Positions 1 to 9,984 are shown, counted from the first letter of the stretch. The stretch: DNA of 64,000 nt from Planctomycetota bacterium (GCA_044222185.1 JBGANV010000003.1:672001-736000); one strand, 5' to 3'. The notes: generated by a model not told the origin, from the letters alone. A program made the numbers and translations.

Positions 1-337
1 CCTCGGGTGGGGTGACGATCACCGACCTGTTGTCGTGCAGCGCCAACTCGCCGGCCCGGAAGAGTCGCTGTTCGAGTTGAACGGATGTCCCCAGATACCG
101 GCATCGACCGTTGGCGGCTCTGCAAAAGAGAAAGCGCGCGACGTGTCGCAGCATCTCCTCGATGTAGAGGCGGTGAGGCTTCCGCTTTGACCACAGTGGG
201 TACGCCTCAATGCTCGAAGCGGTCGGCGCGGCGAAGTCGGCGGTCGCACCGCGCAACGCCTTCTCCGCGGCGTCGACAGAGTGGCGTTCGATCGAGAACG
301 GAAACACGAACCGCGAGTACATCGAATCGAAGATCAT
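1..337 (-). CDS. Hypothetical protein, 5' part only (runs off the left edge)
   Basis: Not in the ORF track. Hand translation from ATG at 337 is stop-free to position 2 (MIFDSMYSRFVFPFSIERHSV...LYIEEMLRHVARFLF...). GAGGGGAG RBS-like motif upstream. Confidence 0.55.
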   Translation of the reverse strand, partial: MIFDSMYSRFVFPFSIERHSVDAAEKALRGATADFAAPTASSIEAYPLWSKRKPHRLYIEEMLRHVARFLFCRAANGRCRYLGTSVQLEQRLFRAGELALHDNRSVIVTPPE

Positions 338-661
338 CCCGTCCGCTCCCCTCTGTTGTAGAGGTCGGCCCAGCATACCCATGTGGAGGGAGCCTGCAAC
401 GCCACCGGAATCGACGCTGGCGCGGCCTCCTTCAATGGCCGAACAAGCTATGAGTCGGTGACGAGGGGCAACCTGACACTTCGGCGATTGCGCGTGTGCG
501 GGTCGGATCGCGTTTTCGCACCGCGGGTCGTGGCGATGACCCTCTGCGAACGCCGAATCCCGACGGCACATCACGAGCCGTCCCGCGTGAACTGTCAGGT
601 CGGACCGAGGCTCCGCCTCATCTCCACAGAGAGTGGCGTTGTGCCACCAGGAGACTGCGAG

Positions 662-2977
662 ATGAGAACGATGTTCGCCATGCTGTACGTGGCCATGGTG
701 ATGGTCATGAGCCCGTTCCTTTGCTCCCAGGAGACCAAGCCCGAATCGACCGTAGGAGCCGACGATTCGGCTCGCGCCGTCGAGACGGAGATCAACGACT
801 GGACGATCGAGACCGCGGCCGCGCTCCAAAAACCAGGGTTCTCGCGCCAACTCCGCGCGCTCCTCGAAGTCATGAGCGTGCGCCCTGCGGGGTACACGAC
901 AAACGCAGGCGAGTCGCGCATGGTATTCGACACCGTGCACGAGCGTAGTCCGTTGCGAAAGGTGCTCGATTCCCTCGGTCCACCTGTCGGAACGTGGGCG
1001 TCGAACCGCGACGCGATCGCGACGCTGGGAAAGAGAATCTCAGCACGACTGTCCCAGCTGAAAGCCGAATACGCCGGCGCCCCGCACGACGTGCGGGACG
1101 CGATCGAGGCTGATCGTCGCATCTTCGATTCGCTCGGGGAGGTGTTGCAGACGTACGACGCGATCAACTCGCTCCGCGTGTCCCACGGCCTCACGCCACT
1201 CTCGTGGCGCTGGCGGCGGGCGCGAGAAGCCGAAATGCTGCTGCGAAAGCGGCTCGCAGGCGATGGCGACGGCGCCGCGAGCCGGGCCGCGGCTGCGACG
1301 AGTGGTCAAGAAACGCGCCAGACGACGGTTCGCTTCGTCCGTTGGACGCAGATGGCACTCGCGGTCTCCGAGGGCATGGCTTCGGTCGATCTCCGGGCGG
1401 CGATCCTTGACGAGGCGGGCCGGTGGGTCGGAGTGGGAACCGTCCCGGCACAGGGAGATCCGCAGGTGATCATCGTCGAGCGAACGCCAGCATCGGCGGA
1501 ATCACGGCAAACGCTCCGGACGTCGCCGAGCGCGAATGCGAAGCGCGTGCCGGTGGCCGGTGCCGGGACTGACTCCAAGGGTTATCCGATCCTCGTACTC
1601 GGAGGCGACGCCGAGGAGCCAGGCTTCGACGCGCCGACAGCCACGGTGAGCGACGGGAAGAGCAAGATCCCTGTTCGTCTCGAGGGACTTCCGGTTTTTG
1701 ACTCGGATGGCGTGGCACGCCGCAAGCTCCTCGTCCTGACGCCGCATAGTCACCTGCCTGGCGGAGTACGCATTCACGTCGTCGTGGAGTGGACCAGCAA
1801 CAAGAATCGTCGATCGCTGTCGTGGTCGTTCCAGACTGCGGACCCGAGTATCGACGCACCCACTGAGAGGCTCGTCGCGAACGCCGACCATCCGCCATTT
1901 CTTGCGAACTACCTCAAGTTCTTCGCGGCCCAGGCCCAGGTCACCATCAATGAATTGGCAGCCGCGAAGTGCGATGGCGAGGCGCGTGCGCTTGCGCATC
2001 TGGCTGCAACTCACGATGTCGCACCCGCCGAGGCATTCGTCCAGCTGATTGCCTCGTCCCGCGGGTCGAAGTGGGAGTCCAGCGGAGGCCGAGCCACTGC
2101 GGCCCTCAAGCGGATGGGTGAGAAGGTCGCCAAGCAATTGACGGCCCTTCTCGCGGAGGCCAAGGATATTCCCGACGCGGACCGTCGCATGCTCTCCGTG
2201 GAACGCGACATGCTCGAGCACTTCGACCGGATCGTCGAGGCGTACGTGCGGCTGAACCGCCGGGTCGTCGATGCCGGTGCCCCAGAGGTCGGCTGGGTAT
2301 GGAAAGAGGCTCGAGGGGCGCGCCTCCACAGCCTCTACATGCAGCAGACCGGGACAATTGCGAGGGAGGACGCGACAAAACCAGGATTCACGCCGGAGGG
2401 ATCGGCAGCAGCCCTGGGATCGTGCCTGTCGCTCAATGATGCAGTGGGCGCTGTCGCGCAGATCTGGCGGAGCGCGAATTCGCGGCTCTTCATCCTTGGG
2501 ACACCGTGGAGGTTCGTCGGGATCGCGGACGTGACTGCGAGCGGCCAAACACAGGCGGCGACCTTTTCGTTCCGCGAGGCGATTCCATCAGACCCCTCCG
2601 CCGCGAAGCTTCTCCTGGTGCCTTCGTCCCACGCGACGGAAGTGCCGCTCTCCGGGGATGTCGTCGCCGATCCCACCGGCGCGAATCAGCGCGTCAACTG
2701 CGGCTTCCCGATCACCGTGACCGGTGCTTGCGGCTACGAACCCTTGAGCGGTGCCAATGCGACCCTAATGACAGCCAAGGGCTCAGTCTTCTGCACCTTG
2801 TGGACGCCCACGACCCCGGACGCGCCAGATTGGTTCAAAGCAAAGAACACGGTCATGCTCCTGCCAAAGGAGCCGTTGAAGCCGGCCACGCAGTACAAGG
2901 TCAATGTCTCATGGGAATCCGGGAATGGTGAACGCACCACCCGCGAGTTCACCTTCACGACGGCGCGGAGCGACTGA
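662..2977 (+). CDS. Secreted protein with two CAP/SCP-like plus Ig-like modules
   Basis: AGGAG RBS before ATG 662; signal peptide MRTMFAMLYVAMVMVMSPFLCS-Q. CAP-like segments AINSLRVSHGLTPLSW and LNRRVVDAGAPEV...ARGARLHSLYMQQ...EDATKPGFTPEG, each followed by an Ig-like end (LSWSFQT; PKEPLKPATQYKVNVSW...FTFTT). Confidence 0.7.
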   Translation: MRTMFAMLYVAMVMVMSPFLCSQETKPESTVGADDSARAVETEINDWTIETAAALQKPGFSRQLRALLEVMSVRPAGYTTNAGESRMVFDTVHERSPLRKVLDSLGPPVGTWASNRDAIATLGKRISARLSQLKAEYAGAPHDVRDAIEADRRIFDSLGEVLQTYDAINSLRVSHGLTPLSWRWRRAREAEMLLRKRLAGDGDGAASRAAAATSGQETRQTTVRFVRWTQMALAVSEGMASVDLRAAILDEAGRWVGVGTVPAQGDPQVIIVERTPASAESRQTLRTSPSANAKRVPVAGAGTDSKGYPILVLGGDAEEPGFDAPTATVSDGKSKIPVRLEGLPVFDSDGVARRKLLVLTPHSHLPGGVRIHVVVEWTSNKNRRSLSWSFQTADPSIDAPTERLVANADHPPFLANYLKFFAAQAQVTINELAAAKCDGEARALAHLAATHDVAPAEAFVQLIASSRGSKWESSGGRATAALKRMGEKVAKQLTALLAEAKDIPDADRRMLSVERDMLEHFDRIVEAYVRLNRRVVDAGAPEVGWVWKEARGARLHSLYMQQTGTIAREDATKPGFTPEGSAAALGSCLSLNDAVGAVAQIWRSANSRLFILGTPWRFVGIADVTASGQTQAATFSFREAIPSDPSAAKLLLVPSSHATEVPLSGDVVADPTGANQRVNCGFPITVTGACGYEPLSGANATLMTAKGSVFCTLWTPTTPDAPDWFKAKNTVMLLPKEPLKPATQYKVNVSWESGNGERTTREFTFTTARSD

Positions 2978-3589
2978 TCCGCTGCCATAGGACCCCCCCC
3001 GGGGACGACGGCGCCCGCGCGGAATGCACGTGCGCGCGCTGGGATCTGAGATTGACATCGCCGCTCCCGCACCGTGTGGCCGCATGCGCACGGTTGCGGC
3101 CCGTCGCGACGGCGCCCAATGATCTTGCGTTCGAGGTGCCGAGTCGAACACTCCCACCACGACACCACATCCTGGCGCCGTCACGAGGGCAAAGAACGGG
3201 GTCGTCTTCATCAACGAGGTCGACGAACTTCGCCGGCAAGGGGCCGAAGGGCGCGTCACTCCACATCGTTTCACGAGTAGTCAGCTGCTCCCATGCGAAC
3301 GGGCCGAGCAGGTCAGCGTGGAGGCCTCACGAAGATGGATTGGAAGAAGATGGCTGGTTCCGCGCGCAAGTGGAGCCTTGCGTGCGAGCGTGAAAACGCA
3401 TCGAAGCGCAGTGCCGCGCCGAGGGTCGTCGAGGGACTCGTTTGGCGAAGAGCGCGATCGGGGCGCAGAGCCGGTCGGAAACACCTGCGATGTGGCGGCC
3501 GACACCGGATCCGATCCTGGCAGTCCAACCACGGAGAGCTCGAGCAGGGATCCCTCCGACAGCGTGGGCGCATGAGTTCCCCGGGTTCC

Positions 3590-3995
3590 GCGCGTCCGCA
3601 CGGCCTTCCCGGCCTCGACGGCCGCGCGATGTCGCCCGATGATGAGGTGTGAGGCGTAAAGACCCTCGCACCGCAGAAGGGCGCCGACACCACCGGTCTC
3701 CCGCGCCGTCTCGGCATCGCGCAGGATCTTTCGCTTGTACTCGGCCGAGAACGTCCGACGGGCTGGATACGCGACGATTTCGATGTAACGAGCTGATGGG
3801 TTTGTCGGCGAGGCCCGATAGGCCCCTGCGCTCCGGCCGTGCTTGCTACGCTCGCTCGTCCTCCGCTCCGGAGCCGATGGGGCCTCGGGCTTCTGGAAAC
3901 AACCGCCTGACTCGGTTGTCATTGCTGTTCAACACCTCATCGCCCTCCACAATAGACTCGGATGGGGTGGTGTCTCACGATCATTGGCACCGAGG
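3590..3995 (-). mobile_element. IS3-like element remnant: left end plus truncated OrfA transposase
   Basis: ORF 3281..3922 contains RRTFSAEYKRKILRDAETARETGGVGALLRCEGLYASHL, typical of IS3-like OrfA HTH; similarity is lost after this and there is no integrase/DDE part. Candidate left end TGCCAATGATCGTGAGACA (minus strand, 3971..3989). Confidence 0.7.
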
Positions 3996-4208
3996 ACGAC
4001 CCCGCACGAGACGCGCGGATGCTCAACCGCCGGGTACCTTTGAAGGACACCGGCAGGGGGCGGCGACACCGCGTGACGGTCGGTTTCGACCGGGGCTTCA
4101 GCGGAGCAACTGGTTCGACGGTGCTGGAGCCCCGCCGCGCGCGATCTCGCATCGCCCGAGAGTCGCGGCGCCAGGAGTCGCTCGGCGGCCTCGTTACAAT
4201 CCCGCCCC

Positions 4209-5747
4209 ATGAAACTCGTCGAATGCGTGCCCAATTTCAGTGAAGGTCGTCGGCCCGAGGTCGTTCAGCAGATCGTCGATGCGGGCGCTGCCGTCCCAGG
4301 CGTGGCGATCCTCGGGCAGGAGATGGATCGGGATCACAACCGCTCCGTCGTCACCTTCGTCGGAACGCCCGACGCGGCGGTCGAAGCGGCCTTCCGGATG
4401 ACGGCGAAGGCCAAGGCGCTGATCGACCTCACGCAGCACCAGGGCGCCCACCCGCGCATGGGTGCGACGGACGTCATCCCATTCATCCCGCTCCAGGATC
4501 TGACGATGGACGACTGCGCGGCGCTTGCGCGCCGGCTCGGCGAACGCATCGGTCGCGAGTTGGAGATCCCCACCTACCTCTACGCACACGCGGCGGCGAA
4601 ACCCGAGCGCAAGCGCCTCCCCGACATCCGTCAGGGCGAGTTCGAAGGGCTTCGCGACCGCATCGGCACCGATCCGACGCGCACGCCGGACTTCGGCCCG
4701 AACCACATCCACCCGACGGCGGGCGCGACCGCGGTCGGCGCGCGGTTCTTCCTCATCGCCTACAACGTGAACCTGAAGACGGCGGATCCGACGCTCTCGC
4801 GCGACATCGCCCGCACGATCCGCGAGTCGGGATGGAAGGGCACGCCAGGGCTCTTCAAGGACCTTCAGGCCAGCGGCTTCGAACTGACGGAGCGCGGCCT
4901 GACCCAAGTGTCGATGAACCTCCTCGACTACCGCGTGACCGCCATCGAAGACGTGTTCGCCGAGATCGAGAAGCGGGCCACGGCCGCCGGCGTCGAGATC
5001 GCCGAGAGCGAGCTCGTCGGCCTCGTGCCTCGCGACGCGCTGCTCTCGAGCACGGCCAAGCGATTGAAGCTCGTGGGGTTCAAGCCGGAGCAGGTCATCG
5101 AGACGCACCTGGACCGCACGCGTGACGACATCTACCGATGCTTCGACCCGTTCATCGACGCGCTGCAAAGCGGCGCGCCCACGCCAGGCGGCGGATCGGC
5201 ATCGGCACTCGTGGGCTCGCTCGGCGCCGCGCTGGGCGCCATGGTCACGAACCTGACCATCGGCAAGAAGAAGTTCGCCGCGCACGAGGCCGAACTGGTG
5301 GCGATCCGCGCGCGCCTCGTCGCGGGCATCGACCGGCTGCGCAAGGGCGCGCGCGAGGACGCCGAGCTGTACGACGTCGTCATGGGCGCCTACAAGCTCG
5401 CGAAAGCGACGCCGGAAGAGGAGAAGGCTCGCGCCGCGGCGATCGAGGCGGCGTTGGTCAAGGCGGCGCGCGGCCCGCTCCACGTGATGGTGGATGCGGC
5501 TTCGCTGCTGCCTGACCTTCTGGTCGTCGCGCAGAAGGGCAATCCGAACGCGGCCTCGGACGCGGCCGTCGGCGCGCTGCTGATCCAGGCGTGCGTGCAC
5601 GGCGCCGCGTTCAACGTGTTGATCAACGTGAAGCAGCTCGCTGGCCATCCCGACGGGGCGCGTATGAAGTCCGAGTGCGAAGCCCTGCGCGCCAGGGTCG
5701 ACGTGAAGGCGCGCGCCGTGCTGTCGGCCGTGGAATCACAGCTCTGA
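4209..5747 (+). CDS. ftcD: Glutamate formimidoyltransferase / formimidoyl-THF cyclodeaminase (bifunctional)
   Basis: MKLVECVPNFSEGR, DRDHNRSVVTFVG, HQGAHPRMGATDVIPFIP; C-terminal cyclodeaminase with PTPGGGSASAL and GNPNAASDA. Confidence 0.95.
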   Translation: MKLVECVPNFSEGRRPEVVQQIVDAGAAVPGVAILGQEMDRDHNRSVVTFVGTPDAAVEAAFRMTAKAKALIDLTQHQGAHPRMGATDVIPFIPLQDLTMDDCAALARRLGERIGRELEIPTYLYAHAAAKPERKRLPDIRQGEFEGLRDRIGTDPTRTPDFGPNHIHPTAGATAVGARFFLIAYNVNLKTADPTLSRDIARTIRESGWKGTPGLFKDLQASGFELTERGLTQVSMNLLDYRVTAIEDVFAEIEKRATAAGVEIAESELVGLVPRDALLSSTAKRLKLVGFKPEQVIETHLDRTRDDIYRCFDPFIDALQSGAPTPGGGSASALVGSLGAALGAMVTNLTIGKKKFAAHEAELVAIRARLVAGIDRLRKGAREDAELYDVVMGAYKLAKATPEEEKARAAAIEAALVKAARGPLHVMVDAASLLPDLLVVAQKGNPNAASDAAVGALLIQACVHGAAFNVLINVKQLAGHPDGARMKSECEALRARVDVKARAVLSAVESQL

Positions 5748-5771
5748 CGGCCGGCGGGCGCCCCCACTCGA

Positions 5772-7661
5772 TCACTCGAGATGGAGGCGGAACCCGCTGC
5801 TGACGCAGAAGGATCCCACGCTCGTCGGGTCGAAGACGCCCCACTGGCCCGCGAACGACAGGCCGGTGAGCCACGGCAGCGGGCGCAGGTAGAGGGGAAC
5901 GAACCCCGAACCGAACCCGTCCGCGAACGTGACGTGATCCTCGAAGATGTTGGCGGAGTCGAGCCAGAGCTTCGCCTGGTGGTTGATCGCCGCCTCCCCG
6001 CCGTACCACGCGAGCACCAGTGCCATGGCCGCGCCGGGCGGAACGTTCGAAACCGTCGCGAAGTACGTGCTTCCCAGGTAAGGCGTCACCTGGGAGATCG
6101 CCGGGTGGCTGCCACTTCCGCAGGCCGACGCGTCGCCGAACAACTCGATCCAGGGGAAGTGGATGGCGAGCAGGTCGTCGCGCAGGTCGGTCGCGGCGTC
6201 ACTCAGATTGGTGCCGCCCATGAGCGTCCAATCGTTGATGCGGACGGGGAAACCGCAATCGGTGAGCGGCGTCGTCCATTGGCGCAGCTGCGGACTCGGC
6301 GTCCCGATGTCGAGGACGTAGGACATGAGCCCCGACGAATCGAGCGCGCTGATGGCGGACGGATTGAGCTTCGCCAGCGCGACGTGATCGGAGCCGGTCA
6401 CGACCTCCAGGTACGTCGGGAAAATCGCGTGAAGGTTCTCGACGACGAGGAATCCATCGTCGTAGTTGCCAACGGTCCGGTCATGTCCCGACGACGGGAA
6501 CACCAACCGGTCGGTCGCGAGGGACACCGGCGGAACCGAGGTGTCACTCATGCCGAGGCCGACGCCCGGGCGCCACTGGGCCGACGCCGGGTTGGCACCA
6601 GGGGCGAGGAAATGAACCTTCACTTCGTCGTCGCTGTCGTGGAATTGGCGGTTCGAGCCCGAGGAGATGTAGGCGAATGCCCGACCCCCGATGTCGATGG
6701 GTGTCGGGACCATGATCCAGCCGAGCGGGAGTTCGCGCTGCGTGCCGAAGACGGTGGCCTGGACGCCTGCCTCCATGTGATCGAACGCGACGTAGAGCGG
6801 TTCATACACGTCGTTCGTGCGCGCCACGCTCGGGAAGATGAGCACGGGATCCGCGTCGGCGATCGTGACCGGGCCACGTTGCGAGAGGAATGCGCCGATG
6901 GAGATGTTGTCCACGGACCCATGCACCGTGACGGAGCCTGTCAGGACGCGGCAGACGTACAGGGAATCGTCGCCGCTGCCCGGCAACTGATCGGCCCCCA
7001 GGGCTCGGACGGCGACGAGTGAATCACCGGCGCGCGCCGTGTCGGCGGCGAGAGGAACACCGATCGCCAGTTCCTGCATGGTGATGGCGCCCGCGGCCAG
7101 TCCCTTGACGGCGACGACGAGATCGTCGTAGGTCCCGGACAGGCCATCCGCTCCGGGCGCGACCCAGGCAATCGTGTCCGCATCGAGCACGGCCACCGTT
7201 TGCTGATCGGGATCGAGCGCATGCACCTTGTCGAGGGCGAACGTGGTGACGGTGTTCGTCGCCGGGATGTCGGAGACGATCATCAGGGTCGGTGTCCCGG
7301 TCAGCACCCCGTGATCGACGTACAGGAGGCTGGTGTCACTCAACCGAGTGAGCGTGGAGGACGAGTCGCCCGTGATGCCGAGCGCGGTGTAGAAGCCCAC
7401 GTTGGCCGTGACGAGCTGGCCCGTGCGGAAGCCGCTGACGATCACGATCTGGTCGTCGGGGATGGTGGGTCCGCTGGAACCGCCGTCCGACACCACGGCG
7501 AGGACGTCGTCCGTGAGCCGAAGGGGTGGGTTCGTGATCCCGCGCATCGAGTGGCCGAGCCCGCCACCCACGTAGATCGAGCGTGTCGACTGCGCCTCCA
7601 GGCTGGAGAGCGCGATGACGGCAAAGACGAATGCGAACCGGATTGCGGCTGAGCGAGACAT
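5772..7661 (-). CDS. Secreted protein with repeated GxDxxxGxxDD motifs and the shared C-terminal domain
   Basis: GGAGG RBS; signal peptide ending LEA-Q; repeats GADGLSGTYDD, GADQLPGSGDD, GHDRTVGNYDD; C-terminus ...PLPWLTGLSFAGQWGVFDP...SSGFRLHLE. Confidence 0.75.
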   Translation of the reverse strand: MSRSAAIRFAFVFAVIALSSLEAQSTRSIYVGGGLGHSMRGITNPPLRLTDDVLAVVSDGGSSGPTIPDDQIVIVSGFRTGQLVTANVGFYTALGITGDSSSTLTRLSDTSLLYVDHGVLTGTPTLMIVSDIPATNTVTTFALDKVHALDPDQQTVAVLDADTIAWVAPGADGLSGTYDDLVVAVKGLAAGAITMQELAIGVPLAADTARAGDSLVAVRALGADQLPGSGDDSLYVCRVLTGSVTVHGSVDNISIGAFLSQRGPVTIADADPVLIFPSVARTNDVYEPLYVAFDHMEAGVQATVFGTQRELPLGWIMVPTPIDIGGRAFAYISSGSNRQFHDSDDEVKVHFLAPGANPASAQWRPGVGLGMSDTSVPPVSLATDRLVFPSSGHDRTVGNYDDGFLVVENLHAIFPTYLEVVTGSDHVALAKLNPSAISALDSSGLMSYVLDIGTPSPQLRQWTTPLTDCGFPVRINDWTLMGGTNLSDAATDLRDDLLAIHFPWIELFGDASACGSGSHPAISQVTPYLGSTYFATVSNVPPGAAMALVLAWYGGEAAINHQAKLWLDSANIFEDHVTFADGFGSGFVPLYLRPLPWLTGLSFAGQWGVFDPTSVGSFCVSSGFRLHLE

Positions 7662-7811
7662 GGCCTCCCCCGCTAGCTGGGACGAAATGAAATGTCGTTG
7701 TGCGTGAACGCCTCAACACACTTCGTCTCAGGCCGGATCTAGCTTGAGCAGAACAATCCGTTCACCTGGGGGCGCGTCGTACGTGGTGCGAACCTGCCTG
7801 CGGGCGTGGGA

Positions 7812-8609
7812 TCAGCGCCCGGCCTGCGCGTGAACCCGTGCGGCTTCCGCAAACGAGTCGCGCGTGCGGCTGCCGAACCAGGAGAACGCCTCGCCGCTCA
7901 CGCAGATGACACGCTCCTTGGAAATCCCCGCCGCCGATGCGACTTCAGCCCGATGTGCCTCGGTGAACGGAAACGGCTCGGACGCGAGCAGCACGACGTC
8001 GGCGGACGCTGCGCGCGCGAGGTCGATGACTGGGTAGCGGCCGCCCCAACTCCGCGCCACGTTCTGGAACCCCGTCTCTTCGAGCATGGCATCGATGAAC
8101 GTGTCGCTCGATGCCGCCATCCACGGCTTGCGCCAGATCAGGTAGATGCACCCGAGGCGCGGCGTTCGCGGGTGCGCGTGAAACCGCACACGGGCCTCGG
8201 CGATTTCGTCGCGCAACCTGTCGGTTCGTCCGCGCTCGCCGAGAAGCACGCCAAGTTCCCCGAGATGATCGAGGAGGCCGTCGAGAGTACGCGGATAGGA
8301 CACGTGGACGGGTGCGAGGTGGCGCAGCCGGGCCACGTCTTCGAGCCGATTCTCCTCCTTGTTGGCGAGGATGAGATCGGGCGCGAGGGCACGAATGCGG
8401 TCGACGTCAGGGTCTTTCGTACCTCCGACCGTCGGCACGGTCGCAACGCCGCTGGCCGGGTGAATGCACCACGTAGTCCGGCCGATGACGCGATCGCCGC
8501 ATCCGAGCGCAAACAACGTTTCCGTGATGCTCGGAATCAACGAGACGATGCGACGGGCCGGGGCCGGAAGAACGACCACGTCGCCGAGTGCGTCCCCGAC
8601 TCGGATCAC
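7812..8609 (-). CDS. Helical-backbone metal receptor (BtuF-like cobalamin/Fe-siderophore binding protein)
   Basis: RRIVSLIPSITETLFALG, IGRTTWCIHP, VGGTKDPD, PDLILANKEEN, LASEPFPF. GTG start overlaps the upstream stop (GTGA). Confidence 0.88.
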   Translation of the reverse strand: MIRVGDALGDVVVLPAPARRIVSLIPSITETLFALGCGDRVIGRTTWCIHPASGVATVPTVGGTKDPDVDRIRALAPDLILANKEENRLEDVARLRHLAPVHVSYPRTLDGLLDHLGELGVLLGERGRTDRLRDEIAEARVRFHAHPRTPRLGCIYLIWRKPWMAASSDTFIDAMLEETGFQNVARSWGGRYPVIDLARAASADVVLLASEPFPFTEAHRAEVASAAGISKERVICVSGEAFSWFGSRTRDSFAEAARVHAQAGR

Positions 8610-9241
8610 TTCGGCGTCGCGGTCTTGCGGGCGTCCGTGCTCGGGAACACCACCAGTTCGTCGTCCGGGATCGGCCGACCTTCCGCAGCACAGATGTACC
8701 GCTTCACGATGGCGTCCTTGACGGTCTTCTCGACCATCGGGTTGTTGCCCTGGAGCTGCCACTCGAACGGCACCGGTCGATTCTCCTGCGCCAATTCGAA
8801 CTGGGGAACCGGCTCGATGACGAGTGCGAGGACGCTGAGGCGCATGTCCGTCAGCGAACCGGGCTCGGGCTCGATCTTCGCCATGACGCGAGTCCGGTGA
8901 AGCATCCCGTCGCCGAACCACTCGATGACCTTCGACTCGACGTAGCGCGTCGAGCTGCCCGCCGGCGCGTTGACCGGGATGTCGCCGTTCGGCGGTTCCT
9001 CGAGCTTGAAGGCGTGCTGCATGTAGCCCTTCGTCGCTTCCCAAAGTCGCACGGGGTTCGCCTGGGCGAACGTGTGCGTGGTCGGCTGCATCGCATCGAG
9101 CTGTTCCTTGATCTTCGCCGCGGACTCGGCCTCCGTCCGCGACTGCGACGCCGGACCGCCTCCCCCGCCGCCCGCGCAGGCGACGAAGAACAGGCCGACG
9201 GAAGCGAGGCTCAAACCGATGAGACGCGTGCGGATCAGCAT
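8606..9241 (-). CDS. Hypothetical lipoprotein
   Basis: Lipobox-like signal MLIRTRLIGLSLASVGLFFVA-C then Gly linker; strong GC3 codon bias. Confidence 0.7.
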   Translation of the reverse strand: MLIRTRLIGLSLASVGLFFVACAGGGGGGPASQSRTEAESAAKIKEQLDAMQPTTHTFAQANPVRLWEATKGYMQHAFKLEEPPNGDIPVNAPAGSSTRYVESKVIEWFGDGMLHRTRVMAKIEPEPGSLTDMRLSVLALVIEPVPQFELAQENRPVPFEWQLQGNNPMVEKTVKDAIVKRYICAAEGRPIPDDELVVFPSTDARKTATPK

Positions 9242-9336
9242 CCGAATCCCCTTGTCCGGTGACGGACCACGTTGGCGCTGATTGTCTGTCGATTGCGCCC
9301 GCCGCACAACGCGCCGAGGAACGGACCGGGGACCAC

Positions 9337-9984
9337 TCATCCCCGCTTTCGGATCTCCACGTAGAGCCAGGGCCCGCTCTCGAGGCCGCGATGGGGGTCC
9401 AGGCCCGCGACCGCGCACAGCTCCGCGATCCGCCGGCGCGCGATGGCATGGGCGGGCCATGCGTTCCCGCGCATCTGCGACTCGAGGAGGCGCCCCGCCT
9501 CCGAGTCGGCGTCCAGGAACTGGAGCCAGCCGCGGCCACCTCGGTCGAGGACGCGCGCGATCTCCGCGAGATACGACGTGACCGTCGCTTCGTCGACGGT
9601 GACGAAGCACAGAGTCGACCAGACGAAGTCGACCGAGTTCGCCGCGACGGCCGAGAGGTCAGCCCCCGCCGTCTCGATCAGTTCCACGTTGCCGACGCCC
9701 GCGAGCGCCGCCCGCGCAGAGGCGAGCGCCGCTTTCGAGACATCCACGCCGATCACGCGCCGCGCGAGGCCGGCGACCCGCTGGAGGAGCGTCCCCGTCC
9801 CGCACCCGATCTCGAGCGCGCAGGACTCGGGGCGGATGAACTGCGACAGCTCGGCGACGGCGGCATCGAGCGCCTCGCCCTGCTCGTCATGGTTCACCGC
9901 TTGCGGCGGCGACGTCGCCCGCGCGCGAAACTGCGCATCCCAGAACGATCGGGCATCTTCCGGGTTGAGGCCGTGGTCCGCCAT
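9337..9984 (-). CDS. Class I SAM-dependent methyltransferase
   Basis: ALEIGCGTG motif I, VIGVDVS, SVDFVWS, YLAEIARVLDRGG. Confidence 0.85.
   Translation of the reverse strand: MADHGLNPEDARSFWDAQFRARATSPPQAVNHDEQGEALDAAVAELSQFIRPESCALEIGCGTGTLLQRVAGLARRVIGVDVSKAALASARAALAGVGNVELIETAGADLSAVAANSVDFVWSTLCFVTVDEATVTSYLAEIARVLDRGGRGWLQFLDADSEAGRLLESQMRGNAWPAHAIARRRIAELCAVAGLDPHRGLESGPWLYVEIRKRG

Noticed and set aside
2993-3004. C8G4 homopolymer as a phase-variation tract
   Set aside because: Short, downstream of a stop codon, and not in an evident ORF or promoter.
4209-5747. ftcD without hut genes as a novel pathway
   Set aside because: Scattered pathway genes are common in this kind of genome; hut genes may lie elsewhere.
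7662-9336. Cobalamin riboswitch near the BtuF-like gene
   Set aside because: The gene is translationally coupled to an upstream lipoprotein and no B12-box motif is recognisable.
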